Assembly (NCBI GenBank): GCA_965248435.1
Contig: OZ252100.1
Location: forward strand, 4,320,001-4,384,000
Source: Candidatus Latescibacterota bacterium
Lineage (GTDB): Bacteria > Latescibacterota > UBA2968 > GCA-2709665
Length of the DNA: 64,000 nucleotides
Direction: 5' to 3'
Shown: positions 30,850-41,676 of the stretch, in pieces
Numbering within the stretch: position 1 is the first letter of the stretch
How the letters are laid out: every line of letters starts with the position of its first letter
The notes under the pieces: model-generated
Databases searched by the model: none
What the model saw: the letters and a program-made list of their open reading frames with translations, nothing else
Told to the model about the DNA's origin: nothing
Program-made: the position numbers and the translations under genes

Positions 30850-32760
30850 ATGGCACTGGATGGACACATCCCGGGCAGTCCGCTTGAGCAGAAATGGGAC
30901 AAGCACCAGTTCGAGCTCAAGCTCGTGAACCCAGCCAACAAGCGCAAGCACGACATCATTGTCGTGGGTACCGGGCTGGCCGGCGCCTCCGCCGCCGCGT
31001 CTCTCGCGGAGCTCGGTTACCACGTGCTATCGTTCTGTATACAGGACAGCCCCAGGCGCGCGCACAGCATCGCTGCGCAGGGTGGGATCAACGCCGCGAA
31101 GAACTACCAGAACGACGGGGACAGCGTATTCCGGCTGTTCTACGATACCATCAAGGGAGGAGACTACCGCTCCCGAGAGGCGAACGTCTACCGGCTGGCC
31201 CAGGTCAGCAGCAACATCATCGATCAATGCGCCGCACAGGGAGTGCCCTTTGCGCGGGAATATGGGGGCACACTGTCCAATCGGTCGTTCGGGGGGGCAC
31301 AGGTCTCGCGGACCTTCTATGCACGCGGACAGACGGGCCAGCAGCTGCTCCTCGGCGCCTACAGTGCCCTGATGCGGCAGGTGGATGCGGGAAAGGTCAG
31401 GCTGTTTCCCCGACACGAGATGCTGGACCTGGTGCTCGTGAATGGCGAGGCCCGGGGCATCATCACCCGAGACCTGGTTACAGGGCGATACGAGAAATTC
31501 GCGGCGGACGCGGTGGTACTCGCCACGGGCGGCTACGGCAATGCGTTCTTCCTCTCCACGAATGCGAAGGCGTGCAACGTGACGGCCACCTGGCGCGCCC
31601 ACAAGCGCGGGGCGCTTTTCGCGAATCCCTGCTTCACTCAGATTCACCCGACGTGTATCCCTGTCTCCGGAAACTATCAATCCAAACTGACCCTGATGAG
31701 TGAGAGCCTGCGCAACGATGGCAGGGTGTGGGTCCCGAAAAATGTCGGGGATTCACGGCCGCCCGAGGGGGTCCCTGAAGAGGAGCGGGACTATTACCTG
31801 GAGCGGAGATACCCCAGCTTCGGAAACCTGGTTCCGCGAGACGTGGCTTCGCGCAACGCGAAGGCCGTGTGTGATGAAGAACGGGGCGTGGGCGCCTCGG
31901 GTCGGGCGGTCTATCTCGATTTTCGGGATGCCATCGAGCGGGACGGGGAGGCGATCATCCGGGAGAAGTACGGAAATCTTTTCGAAATGTATGAAGACAT
32001 CACAGATGAAGACCCGTATAAGACACCGATGCGCATCTATCCCGCTGTGCATTACACGATGGGCGGCCTCTGGGTGGATTATGATTTGATGAGCAACATC
32101 CCGGGTCTCTTCGTGCTCGGCGAGGCCAATTTCTCAGATCACGGCGCCAACCGCCTGGGGGCCAGCGCGCTGATGCAGGGGTTGGCAGACGGCTACTTCG
32201 TGATCCCATACACGATTGGCGGGTATGTCGCCAACATCCGGGAGCAGGTGGGTACGGATCATCCTTCCTTCGGGGAGACGCTGGATAAGGTGACGTCACG
32301 CGTCGACAAGCTGCTGGCTGTGAACGGCAGGCGCACAGTGGATGACTTTCATCGGGAGCTTGGCCTGATCTTGTGGGACAACTGCGGCATGTCCCGAAAC
32401 GAGGCCGGACTCAAGAAGGCAAAGGAGAAGGTCGGGGAGATTCGAGAGGAGTTCTGGGAAAACCTGACGGTGACGGGGTCGAACGGCGAGTTCAACCAGA
32501 CGCTGGAACGAGCCGGGCGTGTTGCTGATTTTATGGAGTTCGCCGATTTGATGGTTCACGATGCGCTGATGCGAGACGAGTCCTGCGGCGCCCACTTCCG
32601 AGAAGAACATCAGACCGACGAGGGCGAGGCCCTTCGGGACGATCAAAATTACTCCTACGTCGCAGCGTGGGAGTTCAATGGAGTGGGCGAAACGTCGGCG
32701 CTTCATAAAGAGCAACTGGTTTTCGAGAATGTTTCCCTGACCCAGAGGAGCTACAAGTGA
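30850..32760 (+). CDS. sdhA: Succinate dehydrogenase/fumarate reductase flavoprotein
   Basis: [17 protein letters not shown] (FAD His), HYTMGG, HGANRLG. Confidence 0.96.
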   Translation: MALDGHIPGSPLEQKWDKHQFELKLVNPANKRKHDIIVVGTGLAGASAAASLAELGYHVLSFCIQDSPRRAHSIAAQGGINAAKNYQNDGDSVFRLFYDTIKGGDYRSREANVYRLAQVSSNIIDQCAAQGVPFAREYGGTLSNRSFGGAQVSRTFYARGQTGQQLLLGAYSALMRQVDAGKVRLFPRHEMLDLVLVNGEARGIITRDLVTGRYEKFAADAVVLATGGYGNAFFLSTNAKACNVTATWRAHKRGALFANPCFTQIHPTCIPVSGNYQSKLTLMSESLRNDGRVWVPKNVGDSRPPEGVPEEERDYYLERRYPSFGNLVPRDVASRNAKAVCDEERGVGASGRAVYLDFRDAIERDGEAIIREKYGNLFEMYEDITDEDPYKTPMRIYPAVHYTMGGLWVDYDLMSNIPGLFVLGEANFSDHGANRLGASALMQGLADGYFVIPYTIGGYVANIREQVGTDHPSFGETLDKVTSRVDKLLAVNGRRTVDDFHRELGLILWDNCGMSRNEAGLKKAKEKVGEIREEFWENLTVTGSNGEFNQTLERAGRVADFMEFADLMVHDALMRDESCGAHFREEHQTDEGEALRDDQNYSYVAAWEFNGVGETSALHKEQLVFENVSLTQRSYK

Positions 32761-33515
32761 GTACGGGCATGAACTTCACGCTGAAGGTATGGCGCCAGAA
32801 GAACAGCCAGGAGCAGGGAGAGCTTGCGTCCTACTCGGCTTCGGACATCACTCCAGACATGTCCTTTCTTGAAATGCTCGACCTCGTGAACGAGGAGCTC
32901 GGAAAGGGTCGTGAGGACCCGATCGCCTTCGACAGCGACTGCCGCGAGGGCATCTGCGGTTCGTGTGGTCTTGTCATCAACGGTGTTGCCCACGGGCCAG
33001 GAAAGGGGATGACCACCTGCCAGGTCTACATGCGACAGTTCCGCGACGGAGAAACAATCACAATCGAGCCGTGGCGAGCCGCATCGTTCCAGGTGATCAA
33101 GGACCTGGTCGTGGACCGCTCCGCATTCGACCGAATCATAAAGGCGGGCGGATATGTATCCGTGAATACGGGCTCATCCCCTGACGCCAATTCCATTCTC
33201 ATTTCGCACGAACTCGCGGAAGAGGCGATGGATGCGGCAGCCTGCATCGGCTGTGGCGCGTGTGTGGCTTCGTGCAAGAACGCCTCGGCGATGCTTTTCG
33301 TGTCCGCAAAAATCAAACACCTGGGCATCCTTCCACAGGGTCAGCCCGAACGACAAAGGCGTGTGCTTGCGATGGTAGAGACGATGCAGGAAGAAGGATT
33401 TGGGGACTGTTCGAATGAATACGAATGTGAAGCCGTCTGTCCAAAGGAGATTTCGGTAGATCACATCACCTTCTTGAATCGCGAGTTCCTGCGAACCAAA
33501 CTCAGGGGTAGGTAA
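32757..33515 (+). CDS. sdhB: Succinate dehydrogenase/fumarate reductase iron-sulfur subunit
   Basis: [32 protein letters not shown]. Confidence 0.95.
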   Translation: MSTGMNFTLKVWRQKNSQEQGELASYSASDITPDMSFLEMLDLVNEELGKGREDPIAFDSDCREGICGSCGLVINGVAHGPGKGMTTCQVYMRQFRDGETITIEPWRAASFQVIKDLVVDRSAFDRIIKAGGYVSVNTGSSPDANSILISHELAEEAMDAAACIGCGACVASCKNASAMLFVSAKIKHLGILPQGQPERQRRVLAMVETMQEEGFGDCSNEYECEAVCPKEISVDHITFLNREFLRTKLRGR

Positions 33516-33529
33516 ACCGGAAGGCGGAT

Positions 33530-34027
33530 ATGTTGGAACTCAAGACTATTTCCAAGGAGGCGATTCCCCATTCGCTGGAGCGGGTCGAGCGTTATCGGCT
33601 CCTGAACGAGCCCGCCGTCGCGGTGAGTATCTGCCATGACATCCTGAATGTGGATCCCGAAAACCAACAGGCCATCATCGGCCTCATTCTCGCGTTGACC
33701 GACGAGTTCGGCCTCAATGTGGGTGTGGGGATCAACCAGCCCCTGGAACTCATCCCTCGTCTGCAAGATGACTACGAGAAGGATTACTACACGGGCATCA
33801 TTCACGAGCGTGATGCCAAGTCGAGGTTGAGACGAGGCTACCCGGGCAGCGGGTTTGACGCCTACGAGCACCTGCACGAGGCCATGGATTGGTTCGAGAA
33901 AGCCGAAAAGATCCATCGCCCCGGGGATGAAGACGCGATTCTCCGATGGAATGCCTGTGCGCGAGTCATTGTGGAGAAGAACCTCAAACAGAGGCCCCAC
34001 ACGGATGTGGAGCACCCTCTGGAATAG
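33530..34027 (+). CDS. Hypothetical alpha-helical/TPR-like protein
   Basis: 165-aa ORF 14 bp after sdhB, with an RBS-like GAAGG and TPR-like segments (ILNVDPENQQA, YYTGIIHER). Confidence 0.75.
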   Translation: MLELKTISKEAIPHSLERVERYRLLNEPAVAVSICHDILNVDPENQQAIIGLILALTDEFGLNVGVGINQPLELIPRLQDDYEKDYYTGIIHERDAKSRLRRGYPGSGFDAYEHLHEAMDWFEKAEKIHRPGDEDAILRWNACARVIVEKNLKQRPHTDVEHPLE

Positions 34028-34054
34028 AAGAGGAAACGCTCTACGAGTGGCTTT

Positions 34055-34089
34055 CCAAAGGGGAACGGAGCTCGGGCCGTTCCCTTTGG
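34055..34089 (+). terminator. Hairpin after sdh operon (weak U tail)
   Basis: CCAAAGGGGAACGG...CCGTTCCCTTTGG. Confidence 0.5.
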
Positions 34090-34103
34090 TGTTGAAGTAA
34101 ATC

Positions 34104-34204
34104 AGTTTCTAGTTTAGAGTTTCAAGTTAAGAACAAGCATATAGAAGGGTCCCTAACTGATTTGATATGAACTAGGAACTAGAAACCTGAAACTAGAAAC
34201 TCGA
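34104..34204. repeat. Inverted heptamer-array element
   Basis: agtttct-agtttag-agtttca-agtt (34104-34128) and aactagg-aactaga-aacctga-aactaga-aactcga (34170-34204). Confidence 0.85.
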
Positions 34205-34222
34205 TCGAGTGAAAGGTTACAC

Positions 34223-35614
34223 ATGAACTACAGAATCGAAACGGACAGCATGGGGGAAATCCGGGTGCCGGAGGACCGCTATTATGGTGCTCAAACGGCG
34301 CGTTCCCTGATCCATTTTGACATCGGGGACGAGACTATGCCACGCGAGTTGATCCGGGCGCTCGGGGTCCTCAAGAAGGCTGCTGCAATCGTTAACAGAG
34401 ATCTGGGGAAACTGCCCCCGGAAGTCGCCGACCTCATGCTTCAGGCTGCCGACGAAGTGATTGAAGGGAAGCTGGATGATCACTTCCCGCTCCGGATCTG
34501 GCAGACTGGGAGCGGAACGCAGACCAACATGAACACGAATGAAGTCATTTCGAACCGGGGCATCGAGATCGGTGGGGGGACGATGGGGAGCAAGGAGCCG
34601 ATCCACCCGAACGACCACGTCAACATGGCGCAGTCCTCCAACGACACATTTCCGACCGGAATGCATATCGCAGCCGCATCTGAGATAAACAGGCGCCTGA
34701 TTCCGATGGTTACTCAGCTTAGGGATACCCTGGCCGAGAAGGCCGAATCCTACAGGGAGATCATCAAGATTGGCCGGACGCACCTGATGGATGCGGTCCC
34801 GCTGACGCTTGGCCAGGAGTTTTCAGGTTACGTGACGCAGTTGACCAAGGGTCTGGAGCGAGTTCAGAAGTGCCTGCCGAACCTGTACGAGCTGGCGCTT
34901 GGAGGGACCGCCGTTGGAACCGGGCTCAACACGCATCCCGAGTTTGCCGAGCGTGCCGCCGAGAAGATTTCCGAGCTGACAGGACATCCGTTTGTTTCAG
35001 CGGGCAATAAGTTTGAGGCCCTGGCCGCGCACGATGCCATTGTGGAGGCGAGCGGCGCCTTGAAGACACTGGCCTGTTCTCTTATGAAGATCGCCAATGA
35101 CATCCGCTGGCTTGGCTCGGGGCCGAGGTGTGGGATCGGGGAGCTGGCTCTGCCGGCCAACGAGCCGGGAAGCTCTATCATGCCGGGAAAGGTCAATCCC
35201 ACGCAATGCGAGGCGATGACGATGGTCGCCGCTCAGGTGATCGGGAACGACACCTCCATCGCTGTTGGGGGCTCCTCAGGGAACTTCGAACTGAACGTCT
35301 TCAAGCCCGTAATGATCTACAATTTGCTGCAGTCGATTCGGCTCATCTCTGATGGCTGCGAATCCTTCGACGAGCATTGCGCGAGAGGTATCGGGGCGAA
35401 CCGGGAGAATATCGAGCGACACCTGAAGCAGTCCCTGATGCTGGTAACGGCCCTCAATCCGCACATCGGATATGACAACGCGGCCAAGGTGGCCAAAAAG
35501 GCCCACGCGGAAAACCTTACGCTGCGAGAATCTGCTATAACACTTGGGCTGATGAGTGGGGAGGATTTCGACGGAGCGGTTCGTCCGGGGGAGATGACGG
35601 GGCCCAAAGCGTAG
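34223..35614 (+). CDS. fumC: Class II fumarate hydratase
   Basis: [36 protein letters not shown]. Confidence 0.97.
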   Translation: MNYRIETDSMGEIRVPEDRYYGAQTARSLIHFDIGDETMPRELIRALGVLKKAAAIVNRDLGKLPPEVADLMLQAADEVIEGKLDDHFPLRIWQTGSGTQTNMNTNEVISNRGIEIGGGTMGSKEPIHPNDHVNMAQSSNDTFPTGMHIAAASEINRRLIPMVTQLRDTLAEKAESYREIIKIGRTHLMDAVPLTLGQEFSGYVTQLTKGLERVQKCLPNLYELALGGTAVGTGLNTHPEFAERAAEKISELTGHPFVSAGNKFEALAAHDAIVEASGALKTLACSLMKIANDIRWLGSGPRCGIGELALPANEPGSSIMPGKVNPTQCEAMTMVAAQVIGNDTSIAVGGSSGNFELNVFKPVMIYNLLQSIRLISDGCESFDEHCARGIGANRENIERHLKQSLMLVTALNPHIGYDNAAKVAKKAHAENLTLRESAITLGLMSGEDFDGAVRPGEMTGPKA

Positions 35615-35668
35615 AGTTGAGAGTCAAGAGACAAGAGTCGCGAGCAGAATCAGAAAAGAATATCGAAT

Positions 35669-36724
35669 GCCCGAGTTCAATAAGGAAGTGCAACACTTAG
35701 GGTAGCAACTGTCCTATCCTAAGTGTATGGGAAACAATTACAAGCATCTTACGATAGACGAACGCGAGCAGATTGCGCTTTGTCGAGCCACTGGTGCAAG
35801 CCTTAGAGATATTGCCAAGGCCCTTGACCGGAGCGCCAGCACGATTTCAAGAGAGTTGAAACGTAATCCGTCCCCGATAGCTGAGAGTTACTCGGGCCTC
35901 CAGGCTCACAGAAGGGCTGAGAAACGTAAGCGGGAGGCCGGCAAGCGGAAACGGCTGAAGAATCCGGTTATCCGGCGATATGTCGAGACCAAACTCAAGC
36001 AAGGATGGTCTCCCGAGTTGATCGCTGGGAGGCTTCCCGAGGAGCGTCCGAGCGCGGGTATCAGCCACGAAGCCATCTACCAGTATATCTACGATCCAAA
36101 GGTGCACAAGCAGCGGGATCTGGTTGCTTGCTTATCCCGAGCTCACAAAAAACGAAAGCCGCGGTGGCATACCCGAAAACACCGGGAAAGCCACATTCCA
36201 GGCCGTATTTCGATCGATCGACGTCCCCGTTACATCGAAAAACGGAAACAACCTGGCCACTGGGAATCCGACACCATCATCTCTCGTGAGAGCAAACAGG
36301 CCGTTGGCGCTTGTCTTGAGCGATCGTCGAGATACCTACACCTGGCTAAGCTGGCAAAGAACGGACCCTCGGAGGTCGCCGAAGCGATTAATCGACGCCT
36401 TGGGCGACATCCTCCCCACATGAGGAAGAGCATCACATATGACAACGGATCCGAAAACGGCCAACATCAACGGGTCAACGAGGTGCTTGGCACCAAATCC
36501 TATTTCTGCAAACCGTTCCACAGCTGGGAGCGAGGCGCTGTGGAAAACGCTATCGGTCTGGTCCGCAGATACCTCCCCAAGAAGACAGACTTCTCAAAGG
36601 TCAGCAAACACGAGTTAAAGAAAATTCAGAACCGGATCAACAACCGACCAAGAAAATGTCTTAACTTCAAAACACCAGCTGAAGTCTTCAAGTCCAAGTG
36701 TTGCACTTAGTCATTGAATCCAGC
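35669..36724 (+). mobile_element. IS30-family insertion sequence
   Basis: Imperfect IRs GCCCGAGTTCAATAAGGAAGTGCAACACTT and (reverse complement) GCTGGATTCAATGACTAAGTGCAACACTT; 2-bp AT target duplication at 35667-68 and 36725-26. Confidence 0.9.
35727..36710 (+). CDS. IS30-family transposase
   Basis: HTH (IAKALDRSASTISRELKRN), GWSPELIAG, GHWESD, ITYDNGSE, SWERGAVEN, NNRPRKCL. Confidence 0.96.
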   Translation: MGNNYKHLTIDEREQIALCRATGASLRDIAKALDRSASTISRELKRNPSPIAESYSGLQAHRRAEKRKREAGKRKRLKNPVIRRYVETKLKQGWSPELIAGRLPEERPSAGISHEAIYQYIYDPKVHKQRDLVACLSRAHKKRKPRWHTRKHRESHIPGRISIDRRPRYIEKRKQPGHWESDTIISRESKQAVGACLERSSRYLHLAKLAKNGPSEVAEAINRRLGRHPPHMRKSITYDNGSENGQHQRVNEVLGTKSYFCKPFHSWERGAVENAIGLVRRYLPKKTDFSKVSKHELKKIQNRINNRPRKCLNFKTPAEVFKSKCCT

Positions 36725-36849
36725 ATGTCGAATAATGAACGCCGAATGTCGAACGGGCGATTCAGAATCGGCTCAACGTTTTCGAATCCCGTTCAGTCCC
36801 CACTTGAAAAGCGGGGAGGCGGTTTGTTGTTCATCACCTTATCGATTGG

Positions 36850-36947
36850 TTCCGTGGCCCTCCGTGCCTTTTTCCGTGTCCTCCGTGATCCAAGCGGGTG
36901 GTGATGGCACTTTCGTGTCTTTTCGTGCTTCTTCGTGCAATTTAGTG
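36850..36947. repeat. Short ~10-nt tandem arrays (TCCGTG x4; TTCGTG x3-4)
   Basis: tccgtg at 36851, 36861, 36873 and 36882; tttcgtgtct-tttcgtgctt-cttcgtgcaa-tttagtg at 36911-36947. Confidence 0.7.
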
Positions 36948-37013
36948 ATCCCGCCTTAATCATTCGATATTCTATCAATAACCCTCCCTTCCGGAGTTCC
37001 CATTTCACGCCGT

Positions 37014-38114
37014 TTGAAAATCATCCTTGTCGTCAGCGCCAGGCCCAATTTCATGAAGGTCGCGCCGATTTTGCGCTGCATGAAGCAGATGCCAGAAACG
37101 TTCTCCCCGATTCTCGTGCATACCGGCCAGCATTACGACGACGCGATGTCTGACGCGTTTTTCAGGGACCTGGGGCTCGTGGATCCCGGCTATCGGCTGG
37201 GCGTCGGATCGGGTTCGCACGCGGAGCAGACCGGACAGGCCATGATCGCTTTCGAGGGAGTCCTGCTGAAGGAAAGACCTGACATCGTCGTAGTTGTGGG
37301 TGACGTAAACCCGACGCTGGCCTGCGCGATTGATGCGGCGAAGTTGTCGATTCCCGTTGCGCACGTCGAGGCAGGTCTCCGGAGCCGCGATATGCAGATG
37401 CCCGAGGAAATAAACCGGATCCTGACAGACGCCGTTTCGACCTATCTGTTCACTCCCTCTCCGGACGCCGACGAGAATCTGCTCAAGGAAGGCCTTCCAA
37501 AGGAAAGGATTTTCCGGGTCGGGAATGTGATGATCGATTCTCTGCGATGCGCTGAAGATCATCTGGATGGATGCGATATGCTGGACCGGCTTCGAATCAA
37601 GAGTGAGGAATACGCGGTGCTGACGCTGCATCGGCCATCGAATGTGGATGATGACCACCGACTCACGGGGATCCTCACCGCTCTCGAAGAAATTCAGCAA
37701 GAATTGAAGGTGATCTTCCCCATTCACCCCCGAACGCGAAAGCGAATCGCCGAATTCGGCCTGGAACCCGTGCTGAACAACATGGACAATCTGAGTATAG
37801 CAGAGCCTGTCAGCTATCTGGAATCCCTTTGCCTGCTGAAGGATGCGAGTTTTGTCATGACCGATTCAGGCGGTGTTCAAGAGGAGACGACCGTCCTGGG
37901 TGTGCCGTGTCTTACCCTGCGTGACAATACGGAAAGACCCGTGACTGTCAACGTGGGAACCAACACTGTGGTCGGCGTGGACCCTGCTTCTATCCTAAAA
38001 GCAGCGAGATCGGTACTCGAAGGCCGCTATAAGAAGGGACGGGTCCCGGAACTGTGGGATGGTGAGGCGGCTGAACGAATCATCCGCGTTCTGGCTGAGC
38101 ACGATCGGGTATAA
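37014..38114 (+). CDS. wecB: UDP-N-acetylglucosamine 2-epimerase (non-hydrolysing)
   Basis: ARPNF, HTGQHYD, HVEAGLRS, PEEINR, TDSGGVQEE. Confidence 0.93.
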   Translation: MKIILVVSARPNFMKVAPILRCMKQMPETFSPILVHTGQHYDDAMSDAFFRDLGLVDPGYRLGVGSGSHAEQTGQAMIAFEGVLLKERPDIVVVVGDVNPTLACAIDAAKLSIPVAHVEAGLRSRDMQMPEEINRILTDAVSTYLFTPSPDADENLLKEGLPKERIFRVGNVMIDSLRCAEDHLDGCDMLDRLRIKSEEYAVLTLHRPSNVDDDHRLTGILTALEEIQQELKVIFPIHPRTRKRIAEFGLEPVLNNMDNLSIAEPVSYLESLCLLKDASFVMTDSGGVQEETTVLGVPCLTLRDNTERPVTVNVGTNTVVGVDPASILKAARSVLEGRYKKGRVPELWDGEAAERIIRVLAEHDRV

Positions 38115-38152
38115 GCCCCATCGTCCAAAGATCGCAGATCAGAGAACAAAAG

Positions 38153-38187
38153 AAAGCGGCCCGATGGATCGTCCATCGGGCCGCTTT
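38153..38187. terminator. Bidirectional terminator between wecB and frdD
   Basis: Perfect AAAGCGGCCCGATGGA-tcg-TCCATCGGGCCGCTTT stem. Confidence 0.8.
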
Positions 38188-38196
38188 GGCTCGGGG

Positions 38197-38245
38197 CAAG
38201 AGACACGAGTCAGCGTAGAATCGAAAGAGAATACCGAATGTCGAA
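38197..38245. repeat. Partial copy of the composite heptamer element
   Basis: caagagacacgagtcagcgtagaatcgaaagagaataccgaatgtcgaa resembles 35626-35668 and the reverse complement of 55902-55963. Confidence 0.6.
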
Positions 38246-38272
38246 GACCGTGCTCGTAAGCGAATCGTAGCC

Positions 38273-38298
38273 GTAGGGGCGGGCCCCTGTGCCCGCCC
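38273..38298 (+). repeat. GTAG-family REP palindrome
   Basis: GTAG-GGGCGGGC-ccctgt-GCCCGCCC. Confidence 0.7.
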
Positions 38299-38307
38299 GC
38301 ACGATGG

Positions 38308-38667
38308 CTACAGAATCATCCACAGGATATATGCTGCCAGGACTGTTCCGAGGAGCGCCCCGCCATAGCAGAGGAGGTCCATGGAGAGCCGGAACTCCCG
38401 GATTCCCAACTCATACAGAGAAAACCGGATGCGGTGGGCCGCGTGGTAGAGCGGGAGGACAACGAGGACGAAGAGATAGACCTTGAAGACGGGATTCGCG
38501 AGGAGGTCCTTCATTCGCTCATAGCCGAGGGTCTCGGGTGAAACCAGACCAAGCGGGACCGCCAGGCCGTCAAAGAAGATGTGGATCGGGATCAGGAAGG
38601 CTGCAATCGTTCCACCCAGGGAGAACATCCCCCACCAGAAGGGCTCACCTTTGTCCTGTTTGTACAC
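38308..38667 (-). CDS. frdD: Fumarate reductase subunit D
   Basis: EPFWWGMFSLGG, LPLYHAAHRIR, 3 TM. Confidence 0.9.
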   Translation of the reverse strand: MYKQDKGEPFWWGMFSLGGTIAAFLIPIHIFFDGLAVPLGLVSPETLGYERMKDLLANPVFKVYLFVLVVLPLYHAAHRIRFSLYELGIREFRLSMDLLCYGGALLGTVLAAYILWMIL

Positions 38668-38677
38668 GGCACGGTCC

Positions 38678-39094
38678 TTATAGCAAGACCAGGAAGAAGT
38701 AAGCGACGGCTACAGAGGCGACAAGCCAGGTCAGATACGCCCCTGCTGAAACGAGTCCCGGCGGCACAGTCAGGCGCCCGAATCGGACGATTTGAATCTT
38801 CGAGACGAGACCCAGCCACGTGAAGCTGTGGTAGAGGGCGAACAGAAGGACGATCACATAGAAGGCAATAAAGGCCCACGATCGAAGGGATTTCTGGAAG
38901 AGCGCGTGGACTTCGGCGCCTTTTGACAGGAGGAAGAACTCATACAGGTAGAGCAGCGCGAACAGGGCAACGAACACGCTTGTGGATTCCCGGATCATGA
39001 ACATGAAATATCTTCGGTTTCGCATCCACCAGGTGGCCGGGATCGGTCTGTGGTAGGCCTGGTAGGTATACTCGTGTTCTCGATCTATCATCAT
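38678..39094 (-). CDS. frdC: Fumarate reductase subunit C
   Basis: Y.RP...TWW...YF.FMIREST, HSFTW, 3 TM. ATGA overlap with the frdB stop. Confidence 0.88.
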   Translation of the reverse strand: MMIDREHEYTYQAYHRPIPATWWMRNRRYFMFMIRESTSVFVALFALLYLYEFFLLSKGAEVHALFQKSLRSWAFIAFYVIVLLFALYHSFTWLGLVSKIQIVRFGRLTVPPGLVSAGAYLTWLVASVAVAYFFLVLL

Positions 39095-39840
39095 CGTCGG
39101 CTCCCCATCGGAAGGAGGAGGGATTTGAACCAGTCCGTCGTCGTGGCGACTTTCGTCCGCTGGATCGCCGCGGCTGGATCCACGTCTTTGGGACAGACGA
39201 CGCTGCATTCCCCGATGTAAGTGCATTCCCATATGCCCTCGCTGCTCGCGATGACGTGCTTGCGGGCCTCCGTTCCTTCATCCCTGGAATCCAGGTTATA
39301 CCGATGTCCCAGGGCGATCGCGGCCGGCCCGATAAATTCGGTCTCCAGGCCGTAGACGGGGCACGCGGCGTAACAGAGCATGCAGTTGATGCACATGCTG
39401 AACTGCTTGTACTCCTTCAGCTGATCGGGGGTCTGCAGGTACTCTCCTTCCTCTAGCGCTTTCTCTTCCTTCCGGATGATCCACGGCTTGACCGCTTTGA
39501 GCTTCTCCATAAAGTCCGTCATGTCGATCACGAGGTCTCGGACGATCGGGAAATTGAGAAGCGGCTCCACTTTGACCTCATTCGGATAATAATCGCGCAG
39601 GAAAGCCGCACAGGTCAGTTTCGGCTCGCCGTTGACCATCATGCCGCAGCTGCCGCAGACGCCCATTCGACAGGACCAGCGGAAGGAGAGGGTGCCGTCT
39701 ACCTGGTCTTTGATGTAGTTGAGGGCGTCCAGGACGACCCAGTCATCCTGGTATGGGATTTCGTAAGTCTGCTCGGTCGGCTGGTCTTCCAGCTCCGGGC
39801 GGAATCGGGTAACCGTGATTGCGACGGTTTGTTGACTCAT
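39091..39840 (-). CDS. frdB: Fumarate reductase iron-sulfur subunit
   Basis: [34 protein letters not shown]. Confidence 0.93.
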   Translation of the reverse strand: MSQQTVAITVTRFRPELEDQPTEQTYEIPYQDDWVVLDALNYIKDQVDGTLSFRWSCRMGVCGSCGMMVNGEPKLTCAAFLRDYYPNEVKVEPLLNFPIVRDLVIDMTDFMEKLKAVKPWIIRKEEKALEEGEYLQTPDQLKEYKQFSMCINCMLCYAACPVYGLETEFIGPAAIALGHRYNLDSRDEGTEARKHVIASSEGIWECTYIGECSVVCPKDVDPAAAIQRTKVATTTDWFKSLLLPMGSRR

Positions 39841-39883
39841 GATTTTCCCTTAGAAAACGCGATCCAAGAAACAAGCTTTTCAC

Positions 39884-39961
39884 GACCGCAGACCACAGAC
39901 GGCAGACCGCAAAGATCTAAACTCTATTCATCTCGCGGTCGGCGGTCCGTCGTCCGCGGTC
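39884..39961. repeat. Inverted heptamer-array hairpin between frdA and frdB
   Basis: gaccgca-gaccaca-gacggca-gaccgca, 22-nt spacer, cgcggtc-ggcggtc-cgtcgtc-cgcggtc. Confidence 0.85.
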
Positions 39962-39966
39962 CGCCT

Positions 39967-41676
39967 TTAGTATTTCCGCTCTTCAGGCTGCCATCGCGTG
40001 ATGGAGACCGGCAAATAATCGACCCGCGGCGTGTCATCCCCCTTATAAGCGACCGAATGTTTCAGAAAGCGTTCATCATCTCGAGCTTCGAAATCGGTGC
40101 GGGCGTGAGAGCCCCTGGACTCTTCGCGCAGGAGTGCACAATGAGCCAGGGCTTCGGCCACGTCCAGCATATATCCCAGTTCGAGCGCGGACGTCAGTTC
40201 GGTATTGAAGACCTCCGATCGATCATCCAGCCCGACCTTATCATACCGATCCTTGAGCTCGTGGATGGTTTGACAGGTCTCCTTCAGTTCTGCCTCGGTC
40301 CGGTAGATACCGGCACCTTTTTCCAGGGTCGCCTGAAGGTCTGATCGGATGTTCGCGATGCTGTCATTGCCCTTGGGGGGCTGTAGATGCCTGGTTTCGA
40401 CCCGCCTTCTCTCGTCGTGGGCCAACTTTTCGAGTTCATAGTGCGGCGGACCCTCCTGTTCCGAGGCGTACGCAGCAGCAGCCCTTCCAGCGCGAGCACC
40501 AAAGACGAGGCATTCGGAGAGGGAGTTGGAGCCGAGCCGGTTCGCCCCGTTCATGCTCACGCAGGCCGCTTCGCCGGCCGCGAACAGGCCAGGGACCGGG
40601 GTCGCGCCATTGATGTCCGTGTGTACGCCCCCCATCATGTAGTGGACTACAGGCCTTACGCTGATCGGCTCGTGAATGGGATCGATGCCGACGTAGTTAA
40701 GGGTGAGCTCTCTCACGAACGGAAGCTTTTCATTGATCACCTTTTCTCCGAGGTGCCTCAGGTCCAGGTGGACGTAATTCCCGTAGGGCCCATCGAAAAC
40801 GCGCCCCGCCTTCGTCTCGTGGACGAATGCCCTGGAGAGGATGTCTCGCGGGCCCAGCTCCATCTTTCCGGGCACATATTCGCTCAGATAGCGGTCTCCT
40901 TCTTTGTTGATCAGGTAACCGCCTTCGCCCCGCGAGGCCTCGGTGATCAGAATGCCCGTCCCTGGAAGCCCGGTGGGGTGGTACTGGACGAACTCCAGGT
41001 CCTTCAGTGGGCATCCCGCGCGGTACGCAAGGGCCATACCGTCACCGGTCTTGATCGCCGCGTTCGTGGTGAACGGGAAGATCCGCCCCGCACCACCGGT
41101 GCAGATAATGACGGCCTTCGCCGGGATGGCGTGGATCTCTCCAGACCGGATGTTCAGGGCGGTTACGCCGCAGACTTTGCCGTCATCCTGGAGGAGCGAA
41201 GTTACGAACCACTCATCGTAACGAGTGATTCGGTCATACTTCAGAGATGTCTGGAACAGGGCATGGAGCATGTGGAACCCGGTCTTGTCGGCGGCAAAGA
41301 GCGTGCGTTTTACGCTCATGCCTCCGAAGGCCCTCACGCTCACACGACCGTCAGGATCTCTGCTCCAGGGGCACCCCCAATGCTCCAGCTGGATCACCTC
41401 GTTCTGAGCCTCTTTGACAAAGGCTTCGACGACGTCCTGATCGGCCAGGAAGTCGCTGCCCTTTATCGTGTCGTAGGCGTGCAGATCGAGGTTATCGTCC
41501 TCACGCATCACGGCGGCGGTTCCACCCTCGGCCGAGACGGTATGACTCCTCATGGGGTAGACCTTGGAGACGACCCCGATGCTGAGGCCTTCCTGAGCCT
41601 CCGCCGCCGCGATCGCCGCCCGAAGGCCTGCTCCTCCGCCACCCACCAGGAGGACATCGTGTTGCCGAATATTCAC
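39967..41676 (-). CDS. frdA: Fumarate reductase flavoprotein subunit
   Basis: [40 protein letters not shown]. Confidence 0.94.
   Translation of the reverse strand: MNIRQHDVLLVGGGGAGLRAAIAAAEAQEGLSIGVVSKVYPMRSHTVSAEGGTAAVMREDDNLDLHAYDTIKGSDFLADQDVVEAFVKEAQNEVIQLEHWGCPWSRDPDGRVSVRAFGGMSVKRTLFAADKTGFHMLHALFQTSLKYDRITRYDEWFVTSLLQDDGKVCGVTALNIRSGEIHAIPAKAVIICTGGAGRIFPFTTNAAIKTGDGMALAYRAGCPLKDLEFVQYHPTGLPGTGILITEASRGEGGYLINKEGDRYLSEYVPGKMELGPRDILSRAFVHETKAGRVFDGPYGNYVHLDLRHLGEKVINEKLPFVRELTLNYVGIDPIHEPISVRPVVHYMMGGVHTDINGATPVPGLFAAGEAACVSMNGANRLGSNSLSECLVFGARAGRAAAAYASEQEGPPHYELEKLAHDERRRVETRHLQPPKGNDSIANIRSDLQATLEKGAGIYRTEAELKETCQTIHELKDRYDKVGLDDRSEVFNTELTSALELGYMLDVAEALAHCALLREESRGSHARTDFEARDDERFLKHSVAYKGDDTPRVDYLPVSITRWQPEERKY

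Larger units (their letters stand above)
35613..36973. repeat. Composite heptamer repeat element interrupted by IS30
   Basis: (AGAGTCA)n at 35613-35640; GAATATC-GAAT|IS|GTC-GAATAAT-GAACGCC-GAATGTC; inverted arm atcattcgatattct at 36959-36973. Confidence 0.7.

Noticed and set aside
34104-34204. Heptamer arrays as possible CRISPR
   Set aside because: Units are 7 nt with no unique spacers, and no cas genes are present.
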